NCBI GenBank assembly: GCA_028694155.1
Contig: JAQUTY010000007.1
Span: 50,901-114,900, forward strand
Direction: 5' to 3'
Source: Eubacteriales bacterium
Lineage (GTDB): Bacteria > Bacillota > Clostridia > Christensenellales > CAG-138
Length of the DNA stretch: 64,000 nucleotides
Under the pieces are notes generated by a model. That model ran no database searches and was not told where the DNA came from. It worked only from the letters and a program-made list of their open reading frames with translations. Below are positions 9,698 to 18,859 of this stretch, piece by piece. A program made the translations under genes and the position numbers. The number at the start of each line of letters is the position of its first letter. Positions within the stretch are counted from its first letter, which is position 1.

Positions 9698-10909
9698 ATG
9701 AATGCAGAATTCACTTATATGATGCATCTTGCAGGTTGCAGCGCACTTGGCGTTGAGCCTCTCCCCCCTGCTTCGATTGATTGGAACAGGCTATTTGCCT
9801 ACGCAAAGGAGCAGGGCGTTCCCGTGATGGTTGCACAGGTGCTGCTTGGCGCAAAAAATATTGAGTTGCCGGATAAGGTGAAGGACTATTGCGACTTTCT
9901 CTACTATCAGTTTGTTGCAAAAGAGGGCTATAGGCGGGAGCTTGTGCTGGATTTGCTCGGCGTATTTGAGAATGCCCACATATCCGTTGCGGTGCTCAAG
10001 GGCTACGCCGTTGCAAGCGTTTATGCTCAACCCGACTGTCGCATATCAGGCGATGTCGACCTTTTAGTTGCACCCAAGGACGAAAAAGCTGCCATCAAGC
10101 TGTTGGAAAAGCAGGGCTTTGAGGTTATGCAGCGTGCGGTTGCAAGCCACCACAGCGAAGCGCATCACCAGCAGATTGGCGTTGTCGAGCTGCACAATGC
10201 CCTGTATGACAGTGCGGCGGAAAACCTCTGGTTTTCGGGAGAATCGACCTTTGCTAAGCTGGAGGAGAACTACATCACCGTTGGCGGTATGCCCTCGCTT
10301 GGCTACACCGACCATCTGATTTTTCTCACTCTACACATGATGAAGCATTTTATCGGCGGTGGGCTTAGCCTCAGAATGCTGCTGGACGTTGGACTATACT
10401 ACTTTGTCAATCTTTGCAACATCAACACGGATCGTTATTGGGCGGTTCTGGATAAGCTGCGCTTTACAAAAGCTATTCGTGTCTTTTTCTCGATACTGGG
10501 GAAATACTGCGGCTTGAGCTTTGACCTTGAGGACGATGAGCTTATGGAAGCCGTTCTTTTGGACATGGAGCGTGGCGGCGCATTTTCAGTTAAAGACAAA
10601 AGTTTGGGCATTGTCAGCGCATGGGAGTATTCCAAATCATCTATCCCATCAGCGGAATATGATAAAATTAAAGCCGAAAAAATGAGAACCTACCGACTGC
10701 GCCGTTTTTTTCCGACCTATCGCACACTGATTGCCGAGTATCCCTTGCTCAAAAAATGCCCTCTCCTCTATCCCTTTGTCTGGACTTGGCGTATTGCGGC
10801 ACACACGATAAAAAAGCTGTTTGGACGCAAGCCATCTTCGTTGGCAACCGCACCCGGCTCAAATATTCGTGGTGAATTGTTTTCTGCCCTTGGCCTTGGA
10901 AATGATTGA
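9698..10909 (+). CDS. uncharacterised nucleotidyltransferase family protein (NTP_transf_5-like), second paralogue
   Basis: 403 aa. Core LKGYAVASVYAQPDCRISGDVDLLVAPKDEKAAIKLLEKQGF has the same architecture as the 8489..9661 product. Confidence 0.6.
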   Translation: MNAEFTYMMHLAGCSALGVEPLPPASIDWNRLFAYAKEQGVPVMVAQVLLGAKNIELPDKVKDYCDFLYYQFVAKEGYRRELVLDLLGVFENAHISVAVLKGYAVASVYAQPDCRISGDVDLLVAPKDEKAAIKLLEKQGFEVMQRAVASHHSEAHHQQIGVVELHNALYDSAAENLWFSGESTFAKLEENYITVGGMPSLGYTDHLIFLTLHMMKHFIGGGLSLRMLLDVGLYYFVNLCNINTDRYWAVLDKLRFTKAIRVFFSILGKYCGLSFDLEDDELMEAVLLDMERGGAFSVKDKSLGIVSAWEYSKSSIPSAEYDKIKAEKMRTYRLRRFFPTYRTLIAEYPLLKKCPLLYPFVWTWRIAAHTIKKLFGRKPSSLATAPGSNIRGELFSALGLGND

Positions 10910-10935
10910 CATAACACTTTTGAAGGGATAAAATT

Positions 10936-11454
10936 TTGTATATGAAATATCGAAATGAAAGAATTGTAAGAAATTTGTCTGACGGCAAGACTGTAAGCTG
11001 TTTTACGCCCTGTTTGTTTCGTCTGCTGCCCCAAAACTGCGGCACTCTGAAAACCGAACGGCACATACGGCTGCGCTTTCTCTATCGTTTCTTGGTCGGA
11101 TATCGCATCTACATGCTGCGAGACGGTGAGGATTTTCTTGCCTATGCAATGTTTCAAAAGGGCAAAATTGCACGCTATCCCTTCGTTGAAAAGGGAATGT
11201 ACATGATGGGGCCATACTTTGTCGATGAAGGACACAGAGGTCATGCTCTGGGAGGAACATTGTTGAGCGTTGCAGTTGAGGACGTTGGAGAGTTTAAGTC
11301 TATCTATGCGTGGATACTGGTTGACAACCAGCCGAGCCGTCGCACCGTAACAAAGGTTGGCTTTAGGCAATGCGGCTATCTCGACTCATCAAAGATTATC
11401 CGCAGCGTCACGCAAACGCCCACAGGCTGCCAGGTATGGAGATTGGATAAATAA
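10936..11454 (+). CDS. GNAT family N-acetyltransferase
   Basis: 172 aa. Acetyl-CoA-binding-type segment VDEGHRGHALGGTLLSVAV followed by WILVDNQPSRRTVTKVGF. TTG start at 10936 (GAAGGGA 7 nt upstream), or ATG at 10942. Confidence 0.65.
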   Translation: MYMKYRNERIVRNLSDGKTVSCFTPCLFRLLPQNCGTLKTERHIRLRFLYRFLVGYRIYMLRDGEDFLAYAMFQKGKIARYPFVEKGMYMMGPYFVDEGHRGHALGGTLLSVAVEDVGEFKSIYAWILVDNQPSRRTVTKVGFRQCGYLDSSKIIRSVTQTPTGCQVWRLDK

Positions 11455-11465
11455 CGGAGGGGAAT

Positions 11466-12539
11466 ATGGGAGCATCAACTGATAAAGCGTCCGGCAGGGT
11501 CAATTCTATTATGGGAGCATTGCGCTTTGCATATCGCAGGCACTATCTGCGCAAAGAGATACGGAGCATGGGCAGCTTTAAGTCCGCCCTGACAAGGGAG
11601 CAGCGTGCGAAGGCGAAGGCTTACTGGGGCAAGTATACAAAGCACTATTCACCGTTGTGGCATGAGCTTATAGCTGCACGAACGGGCAACTTTGACGTTC
11701 ATTATATTCCGGCAGACGTCATGTTTACCGATATTGAGGGCTACCTCAATGACTGGGCAAGCGCACACGGGCTTGACAATAAAAATAACTACACGATGTA
11801 TTTTCCCGAAGTTCGTCATCCTAAGACGGCTTTCAAGAAAATGCACGGGTTGTTTCATGATGCAGATTTTAACATTATCTCAAAGGAGCGTGCAATACAG
11901 AATTGCATAGAAATGGGCGATGTGATTTTTAAGCTTGCCATTGAATCCGGCAAGGGCTTGGGAATTAGCTTTTGGCGTTCAACGGACGGCGAAGCTGCTC
12001 TGAGGCAACTTGTTGACGGGCTTTGCGATGATGTCAATGCACAGGAGTTTGTCAAGCAACACCCTGCGCTTGCAAGCATCAATCCTGTATCGGTCAACAT
12101 CATCAGGGTGATTACACTTGCTTCTTCGGACGGAATCAGGCGGATTGCCTCTTATCTTCAGCTTGGACGTGATGGCACAAGGCAAAGTCAGATAGCAACC
12201 GGTGGCGTTGCCGTAAGCATAAAATCAGACGGCACGCTCTACAAGTATGCCGTTGACACCGATTATTTTCGCACAACTGAGCATCCAAACGGGCTTGTCT
12301 ATGAGGGGTTTGAGGTGCCGGGCTACCACAAAGTAGTCGATACGGCTATTGCTCTTCACAAAAAGATTGGGAACTTTCGGATTATTTCTTGGGACTTTGC
12401 CGTTGGCGAAAACGGCGAACCGATATTTATCGAAATGAATCTCAAGAATGGTGGAATAATGTTCCATCAAATCAGCAGCGGCCCTCTGTTTGGTGATCGT
12501 ACCGATGAGCTGTTGGACGAGGTGCTTGGGAAAAAATAA
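11466..12539 (+). CDS. sugar-transfer-associated ATP-grasp protein
   Basis: 357 aa. Resembles the 'sugar-transfer associated ATP-grasp' family (..NIIRVITL...GGVAVSI...ISWDFAVGENGEPIFIEMNLKNGG). GGAGGGG RBS. Confidence 0.6.
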   Translation: MGASTDKASGRVNSIMGALRFAYRRHYLRKEIRSMGSFKSALTREQRAKAKAYWGKYTKHYSPLWHELIAARTGNFDVHYIPADVMFTDIEGYLNDWASAHGLDNKNNYTMYFPEVRHPKTAFKKMHGLFHDADFNIISKERAIQNCIEMGDVIFKLAIESGKGLGISFWRSTDGEAALRQLVDGLCDDVNAQEFVKQHPALASINPVSVNIIRVITLASSDGIRRIASYLQLGRDGTRQSQIATGGVAVSIKSDGTLYKYAVDTDYFRTTEHPNGLVYEGFEVPGYHKVVDTAIALHKKIGNFRIISWDFAVGENGEPIFIEMNLKNGGIMFHQISSGPLFGDRTDELLDEVLGKK

Positions 12540-12555
12540 TGCGATGACCAACTTG

Positions 12556-13455
12556 TCATCGGATCATGCGCATTATCCCCTCTGTAAATGAGATGTGTGG
12601 GGTAAAGCCTGTGTCACGCACTAGGCTGGTGGTATCGAATGCCCAGTCGGGCAGGAAGATTACATTGGATGTAATGCTGCCGTAGGCAATTTTTACATTG
12701 GGATTGACTATCTCATTGAGCTGCTCCAAATATTCTCTAAGTGGCTTGGGATTGCCTGAGCCAATGATATAGTTTTCGCCGTCTATTCCCTTTTCACCAA
12801 TCAAATACAGGGCGTTGGCAATGTCACTGATGTGAACAAAGTCGTATAGCTGCCTGCCCTCGCTGGTTGCAGGAGATTCATTATTTTGCAGTGCACGCAC
12901 AAGAGTATTGATGAGCCTGCCCGAACGCTCGCCCTCACCATATGCGTTGGTGATGATGGGCCACAGAAACTCGACCCCATTTGCGCCTGCAAGCGCTTTG
13001 CCCATAAAATGTGCGGCAATCTTCGACGATTTGTACATCAGCCCCAGATTTGTTATGGGTTTATTCAAGCCCATTTCTACCATTGCTTCAGTCTCGTGCA
13101 AGCTGCCTGCGCCCAAAAATCTTTTGATGCCCATGCCTTTTGCCGCAAGTATCGCACTTAACGTTGCCCCAGTGTTTCTCATCTGCACCTGAGGATCTTT
13201 CGCATCTGCATTTGACACGCCCTGCCACGCCAAATGATAGAATATATCAATATCTCTATCCTTTACCAGCGTGGGCAACATCTCAAATTCGCTTAGATTG
13301 CAGGTGACAGTCCTCACGCCCCAATTCTCCATCAGCGAGATGTTCGGGTCGCCCTCCATCGTGATGGCAATGACCTCTATCCCCTCGTCCAGCAGCTTTC
13401 TTGTGAGGTTCCGACCGATAAAACCGGTTGCGCCGGAAATGATCGCTTTTTTCAT
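12556..13455 (-). CDS. NAD-dependent epimerase/dehydratase (extended SDR), probable CDP-4-keto-6-deoxyhexose reductase
   Basis: The ATG at 13455 overlaps the upstream stop (ATGA) and begins MKKAIISGATGFIGRN (Rossmann GxxGxxG). The 31-aa extension in the track is discarded. It is the last gene of the CDP-sugar sub-cluster. Confidence 0.7.
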   Translation of the reverse strand: MKKAIISGATGFIGRNLTRKLLDEGIEVIAITMEGDPNISLMENWGVRTVTCNLSEFEMLPTLVKDRDIDIFYHLAWQGVSNADAKDPQVQMRNTGATLSAILAAKGMGIKRFLGAGSLHETEAMVEMGLNKPITNLGLMYKSSKIAAHFMGKALAGANGVEFLWPIITNAYGEGERSGRLINTLVRALQNNESPATSEGRQLYDFVHISDIANALYLIGEKGIDGENYIIGSGNPKPLREYLEQLNEIVNPNVKIAYGSITSNVIFLPDWAFDTTSLVRDTGFTPHISFTEGIMRMIR

Positions 13456-14015
13456 AGCTTTATACCTTTCTGTTGACAATAGTCCTGCAATGATGGCAGC
13501 GACCTGTCCTTCTCTGACAGAATCGGCTTTGTTCCATTCAAGGGCCACGGAATGTTCAACGCAGGGTCGTCATATCTAATGCCGCCGCAAGCAGCGGGGA
13601 CATATCTTCCCGAACACTGATACGAAAAAACAGTCCTGTCCTCAAGTGCCAAAAAGCCGTGCGCAAAGCCTTCGGGGATAAACAGTCCCAAATTATCGTC
13701 GGCTCTCATCAACTCGACATGATACTTGCCAAAGGTCTTGGAGTTTTCTCTTAAATCGAGTGCAACATCGAACAAGGTGCCACAAATTACATGTATCAGT
13801 TTTGCCTGCGATTGTTCGGTCTGATAGTGCAGCCCCCTAATCACGCCCTTGTCCGAATAAATATCGCTTGTCTCGGTGAATTGGCAGTTGATTCCATTAT
13901 CCAAAAATGCCGACCTCTCGTAACACTTTTTATACAGCCCACGCTCATCAGTAAAGGTGTGTGGCTTAACAAGAACAAGTCCGTCTATCTCCGTATCAAT
14001 AAAAGTAAATGGCAT
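13452..14015 (-). CDS. RmlC-like cupin, sugar-nucleotide 3,5-epimerase
   Basis: 187 aa. The motifs F.DERG..KK, GLHYQ and P.GFAHGF match the dTDP-4-dehydrorhamnose 3,5-epimerase family. It is embedded in the CDP-glucose genes. Confidence 0.8.
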   Translation of the reverse strand: MPFTFIDTEIDGLVLVKPHTFTDERGLYKKCYERSAFLDNGINCQFTETSDIYSDKGVIRGLHYQTEQSQAKLIHVICGTLFDVALDLRENSKTFGKYHVELMRADDNLGLFIPEGFAHGFLALEDRTVFSYQCSGRYVPAACGGIRYDDPALNIPWPLNGTKPILSEKDRSLPSLQDYCQQKGIKL

Positions 14016-14034
14016 CTGGGCTCCTTATCTGCTG

Positions 14035-15081
14035 CTATTGTCCTAAGTACTCACGAATTTGTTTGTCCATCATGCCCTCGATGTCGCCACCGTAGGCGTA
14101 GCACTTTGCCCACTCGACCGTCTTTTCTATTGCCGTTTGCAGGTTCCATACCGGGTGCCAACCGAATGTGTCCTTGAGCTTTTGACAGTCCAGTTTCAAA
14201 AAGTTTGCCTCATGCGGCCCTCCATCGTGGCGGTTGATCCATGTCATTCCCTCGCCCCACGAGTCAATGAACAGCTCAACAAGGTTGCCTGTGGTCAGGC
14301 AGTCGCAATCGTCCGGCCCGACGTTGTACCAGCCTGCATATTTTCCGTCCTCATACTGTCTCTTGGCAATCATCAGGTAGGCAAACAGCGGTTCAAGCAC
14401 ATGCTGATAGGGACGAGTTGAATGGGGGTTGCGCACGATAATTGGCTCGTGCTTCATTGCTGCTCGAATGCAATCGGGGATAATTCTGTCGTTTGCAAAG
14501 TCGCCTCCGCCAATGACATTTCCTGCTCGAGCTGTCGATATTGCAACGCTGCCATCGGCAAAAAACGAGTTTTTATATGAATGGGTCACAAGCTCAGAGC
14601 AGGATTTGCTGTTGGAATATGGGTCGAAGCCGTCCAACTGCTCATCTTCGCTGTACCCCTTCTCTCTTTCACGGTTGAGATAGACCTTATCGGTAGTCAC
14701 GTTCAAAAATGATTTGACCGTATCGCACTTTCTTACACACTCAAGAATATTGACCGTTCCCATCACGTTGGTCTGATAGGTGTAGCGTGGATACTTGTAG
14801 CTGTCACGAACTATCGGTTGGGCAGCAAGATGCAGCACTATTTCGGGTTTTGATGCAGACAATGCCGACCACAACGCACCCTCGTCACGAATATCGCCTA
14901 TTACTGAGGTCATGCCACGCTCCACATCGGCAAGCTCGAACAGGCTCGGCTGGGTGTTTGGTTCAAGCGAATAGCCCGTGACGATAGCCCCTGCGTTTTT
15001 GAGAATATGACAAAGCCACGAGCCCTTAAAACCCGTGTGCCCAGTAACAAAGACACGCTTGCCTTTGAAAAACTCCATCAT
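14035..15081 (-). CDS. rfbG: CDP-glucose 4,6-dehydratase
   Basis: About 348 aa. FKGKRVFVTGHTGFKGSWL and the length and blocks are typical of RfbG. The start is chosen at an ATG 8 nt after GGAGG (15081); the track start of 15117 lies inside rfbF. Confidence 0.85.
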   Translation of the reverse strand: MMEFFKGKRVFVTGHTGFKGSWLCHILKNAGAIVTGYSLEPNTQPSLFELADVERGMTSVIGDIRDEGALWSALSASKPEIVLHLAAQPIVRDSYKYPRYTYQTNVMGTVNILECVRKCDTVKSFLNVTTDKVYLNREREKGYSEDEQLDGFDPYSNSKSCSELVTHSYKNSFFADGSVAISTARAGNVIGGGDFANDRIIPDCIRAAMKHEPIIVRNPHSTRPYQHVLEPLFAYLMIAKRQYEDGKYAGWYNVGPDDCDCLTTGNLVELFIDSWGEGMTWINRHDGGPHEANFLKLDCQKLKDTFGWHPVWNLQTAIEKTVEWAKCYAYGGDIEGMMDKQIREYLGQ

Positions 15082-15851
15082 TTCCATATCCTCCAAGGAG
15101 CATCGCCACTTGCCCAAAGCTTCTCTAACTGCTCCTTGTCACGCTGTGTGTCCATGCACTGCCAATAGCCCTCGTGTCTGTATGCCATGAGCTGACCCTC
15201 TGTGGCAAGTGCCTCAAGTGGTTCACGCTCAAGCACGGTCGAATCCCCCTCGATGTAGTCAAGAACCTTCGGATCAAGCACCATAAATCCGCCGTTTATC
15301 AAGCTGCCGTCTGCGTCACGCTTCTCTCTAAAGGCGTCAATTCTATTATTCTCGCCCATGCCCAGCACACCGAATTTCTGCCCGGCATTGACTGCGGTAA
15401 GTGTGGCAAGCTTGCCATGTCCCTTGTGAAATGCAAGCAATGCGTTGATGTCAACATCGCTTACGCCATCGCCATAGGTTAAAAAGAAAGGCTCGTCATC
15501 CAAATATCTTCCGATGCGCTTGACCCTGCCCCCTGTCATGGTGTTAAGCCCAGTATCGACCACGGTAACACGCCATGGCTCGGAATAGTTGCAATGCTCC
15601 TGTATGGTATTGTTTGACAAATCAAAGGTAACATCGGACGAATGGAGATAGTAGTTTGCAAAGAACTCCTTGATGATGTGCTGCTTGTAGCCGCAGCAGA
15701 TAACAAAATCGTTGACGCCCTGTGCGGAGAATATCTTCATGATGTGCCAGAGAATCGGCATATCGCCTATCTCAATCATGGGCTTAGGTCTTAAATGACT
15801 CTCCTCGGATATGCGTGTGCCAAAACCTCCTGCGAGAATTACCGCTTTCAT
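15078..15851 (-). CDS. rfbF: glucose-1-phosphate cytidylyltransferase
   Basis: 257 aa. MKAVILAGGFGTRISEESHLRPKPMIEIG..PILWHIMK is a classic RfbF N-terminus. Confidence 0.9.
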   Translation of the reverse strand: MKAVILAGGFGTRISEESHLRPKPMIEIGDMPILWHIMKIFSAQGVNDFVICCGYKQHIIKEFFANYYLHSSDVTFDLSNNTIQEHCNYSEPWRVTVVDTGLNTMTGGRVKRIGRYLDDEPFFLTYGDGVSDVDINALLAFHKGHGKLATLTAVNAGQKFGVLGMGENNRIDAFREKRDADGSLINGGFMVLDPKVLDYIEGDSTVLEREPLEALATEGQLMAYRHEGYWQCMDTQRDKEQLEKLWASGDAPWRIWK

Positions 15852-17398
15852 TGTGTTATCCTCCTTTTATTGAATCGGGACGAAATTATGTCCTTTGCAT
15901 AGCTCTTTATTTGCAAATATGCCTTGCGATTGAACAACGAATTTAGCACAAAATACACACCCAGCGATACGATGGCGGCTCCTGCTGCCCACAAAATTAT
16001 TGTCCAATAGCTCGACAAATCCTTGTTTGGAATGAGGTTGAACAGCAGCACCAAGCCAGCCATCAGCGCAATGTCAAGCACCCATTTTCGGTATGTCACC
16101 CAACAGCTTCTGTCCAGCAGATGCTTGTTGGCATAGATAATCATATCGTTGGAGCGATACAGCAGAGCCACTATCGTGCCCACAAGCACGCCATAAATGC
16201 CGTTGCCCCAGTAAAGATCGCAGAGTATGACCGCAATTATTGATATGACAAGATTGATGGCAGCTTCCAATACTGAACGCCATTGTGTCTGCCTAAAGTG
16301 TCCTGCAAAGGAGACGGTTTGTCCGCAAGCAGCTCTCCCACACACCATGGTCTTATAGGCAATAAACATCAGCGGCAGCCATTCTAATAGATAGTTGGCG
16401 TCCGTTATGCCAGCCGTATACAGCCGCATAAAGGGCAGCAGGAACATATAGGTGACGGCATACAGCGCAAACGACAGTGCCATGTAGTAGGTTTCATACG
16501 CCTCAAACATTCGCAGATAACGGGGCTTGTCGGTGTTGTAAATCTGCCCAAGCTTATAGATAAAGCCTGAGTTGATATTTCCTATCAGCGTTGATATCAT
16601 ATCCACCAGCGTATTGTAAATCACATACACGCTGACGATTTTCAGGTTGGTAAATAGCGTTAGTATCAGCACATCGGTATGGTTGAACACCATCTGCGCA
16701 AGCTGATGCAAAAGTGCGGAGTTTTTCTGTGAGATTGCATCTTCGTCAGGCTGCGCCTTGACGTTTAGCCACTTGTAATGCTTGTTGATATAATAGGCAT
16801 AGTAGGCAATTTGACAGAGCGTGAACACAAGATGCGCAACCTGCAGCCAGATTATATTCAGTCCGCAATAGATTAAAACTATCTTGGTGATACTGGTCAG
16901 CAGATGGATGATGGTGGTAATGTTTGTAAGGATATACTGCTTGCCCTCCGCCTGCAGAAGGAGACGGTACTTGGCTTGGAAGAAATAGTTGAGCACGCCG
17001 CTGCCACCCAGCAGCAGAATTATCGCTACCTGCGTCAGATGGGGAATGTCCGACTGGATAACAAACGGATAGCCCACCGCAAGCACGGCAACGCCTGCCA
17101 TGTAGACTAGACCGGTGCGCTTGTAAAACTTGTTTGTGGCGGAGATGATTCCGCTTATCTTATCCCTGTCGCCTCGTCCGATAGGGCCGTACAACGCCTG
17201 TACCGTAGCTGCGCCCACACCTGCTTCCAAAAGCGTCAAATAGACATAAAGCTGATTGACAGACGACAAAAATCCATTTGTCTCCGATCCATAGCTGACA
17301 AGAAACAGCCGAGGCAAAATTACGCCAAAGGCGATTGTCACTATCTGCCCCAGCACTCCGAACAGGATATTGTAGATGCTCTTTTTGGTCGTCTTCAT
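15848..17398 (-). CDS. Wzx-type oligosaccharide flippase (polysaccharide biosynthesis / MOP superfamily)
   Basis: 516 aa, strongly hydrophobic with multiple predicted transmembrane segments. Located inside the glycan locus. Confidence 0.75.
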   Translation of the reverse strand: MKTTKKSIYNILFGVLGQIVTIAFGVILPRLFLVSYGSETNGFLSSVNQLYVYLTLLEAGVGAATVQALYGPIGRGDRDKISGIISATNKFYKRTGLVYMAGVAVLAVGYPFVIQSDIPHLTQVAIILLLGGSGVLNYFFQAKYRLLLQAEGKQYILTNITTIIHLLTSITKIVLIYCGLNIIWLQVAHLVFTLCQIAYYAYYINKHYKWLNVKAQPDEDAISQKNSALLHQLAQMVFNHTDVLILTLFTNLKIVSVYVIYNTLVDMISTLIGNINSGFIYKLGQIYNTDKPRYLRMFEAYETYYMALSFALYAVTYMFLLPFMRLYTAGITDANYLLEWLPLMFIAYKTMVCGRAACGQTVSFAGHFRQTQWRSVLEAAINLVISIIAVILCDLYWGNGIYGVLVGTIVALLYRSNDMIIYANKHLLDRSCWVTYRKWVLDIALMAGLVLLFNLIPNKDLSSYWTIILWAAGAAIVSLGVYFVLNSLFNRKAYLQIKSYAKDIISSRFNKRRITQ

Positions 17399-18354
17399 TA
17401 CCTGTGGCGAACCTTCTTTATGAGGCGGTCAACAACTCGATTGCTGCGCAGGCGAATACGCATAGTCAAGCCCCCTACTTCTTTTAGCGCACTTTTACAC
17501 TCCCTAAGCTCGTCCCTTGTGCCGTTGCCCAGCGCAATGAACAGCTGATCGGCACGCAGTCTGCGCCTTGCAAGCAGGCAATACTGCTCCCTGTCGGGAC
17601 AATCGAAGCGTATTAGGGTCTCCTCAATGGTGGTTTCCTGCGCCCTAAGTGCCGCAAGATTCTTCCTATAATCTCTCAGTTTTGCCGTATAGCTGTCGCT
17701 TCTGACCAAATAATCGCCCAGAGTCTCGGCGATGTAGCCCTGCAAATCGTTATATAGGAACGGAAGCTGCAGCTGATAATTCTCGCCATAGGTGGTCTGA
17801 TACACTTCTCTGGTTTTGCATATGCTGTCCCATGTGCTTGTTCGCATCATGTAGGCAATCGCCGTGAAGCTGATATTTCTTGACATCAGACAATCGACAA
17901 AGCCGCCCCTGCTCACCGTCTGAGGCTTGATGTGCATTGTTCCCTTTGTTGCGCCTGTATCTTCTTCGATGATTCTCAAATCGCAATAGACCATGCCCTT
18001 ATCCGCGTTGGCTTGTAGATAATCAACCATCTTCTCGATGTGTTGGGGATACATAATGTCATCGCTGTCGCAGCCGCAAAAATATTCTCCGTGCATACGC
18101 TGCATGGCGTCCTGCTTGAGCGAACAGGTCACTTGATTCTTTTTGAAATGCTCTATATTGACGATGTAGCCCTTGTCAACGAGACGCTGCCTATAGCTCT
18201 CGGCAATCGCCCCCGTGCCATCCTCCGAGCCGTTGTTATAGAAAAACAGCTCAACGTTCGGATAGGTCTGCGCAAGCAGGGCGTCAAAATACTTGTCAAC
18301 AAAGCGTTCGCCATTGTAGCAGTATGTAATTAGTGTGCATAACGGTCTAGTCAT
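17398..18354 (-). CDS. glycosyltransferase family 2
   Basis: 318 aa. The N-terminal region CTLITYCYNGERFVDKYFDALLAQTY...NNGSEDGT...CDSDD is GT-A/GT2 type. Confidence 0.8.
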   Translation of the reverse strand: MTRPLCTLITYCYNGERFVDKYFDALLAQTYPNVELFFYNNGSEDGTGAIAESYRQRLVDKGYIVNIEHFKKNQVTCSLKQDAMQRMHGEYFCGCDSDDIMYPQHIEKMVDYLQANADKGMVYCDLRIIEEDTGATKGTMHIKPQTVSRGGFVDCLMSRNISFTAIAYMMRTSTWDSICKTREVYQTTYGENYQLQLPFLYNDLQGYIAETLGDYLVRSDSYTAKLRDYRKNLAALRAQETTIEETLIRFDCPDREQYCLLARRRLRADQLFIALGNGTRDELRECKSALKEVGGLTMRIRLRSNRVVDRLIKKVRHR

Positions 18355-18859
18355 TTTCCGCGTCCTTTGCCAATATTGCCATTACTGTCACGTCAAACGG
18401 TATCCCTTGGCGCATGTAATCCTCTTTCAGAACTCCTTCTTTGACAAATCCAACCTTTTGGTAAGCCGCAATAGCAGAGCTGTTGAGTGAAAATACCTCA
18501 AGAAATATCCGATTAAGCCCAAGCGTGATAAAGCCGTAATCAACCGTTAAACGTGTTGCCTGCGTTCCCACGCCCTTTCCTCTGGCTTCAGGCTCGCCTA
18601 TGAATATGCCAAACTCAGCCTTCCTGCTGTGGGGGTCTATATTCTTTAGAAAAGAAGTTCCTACTGCTCTTCCGTCAAGCTCGATGATGAACTGGTGGCA
18701 TCTGTGAGTATCCACCATCGTTTCCATCCATCTTAGGTGGCTTTCAGGGGTTGTATCTGCCTGTGAAAACAGGTTCAACTTTACGTCTGCTCTGTTTCTC
18801 CACCTGACGATATTGTCCGTATCGTCCCTGCTTATCGGTCGAATTGATACTGTCGACAT
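18347..18859 (-). CDS. GNAT N-acetyltransferase, probable aminosugar N-acetyltransferase
   Basis: 170 aa. RGKGVGTQATRLTVDYGF is a GNAT motif A. It is translationally coupled to the upstream aminotransferase. Confidence 0.8.
   Translation of the reverse strand: MSTVSIRPISRDDTDNIVRWRNRADVKLNLFSQADTTPESHLRWMETMVDTHRCHQFIIELDGRAVGTSFLKNIDPHSRKAEFGIFIGEPEARGKGVGTQATRLTVDYGFITLGLNRIFLEVFSLNSSAIAAYQKVGFVKEGVLKEDYMRQGIPFDVTVMAILAKDAEND

Noticed and set aside
10768-11370. 200-aa minus-strand ORF, with nested ORFs at 10749-11066 and 11003-11260
   Set aside because: These ORFs are antisense to the GNAT gene and to the 3' end of the nucleotidyltransferase gene. The plus-strand genes have the family motifs and RBSs.
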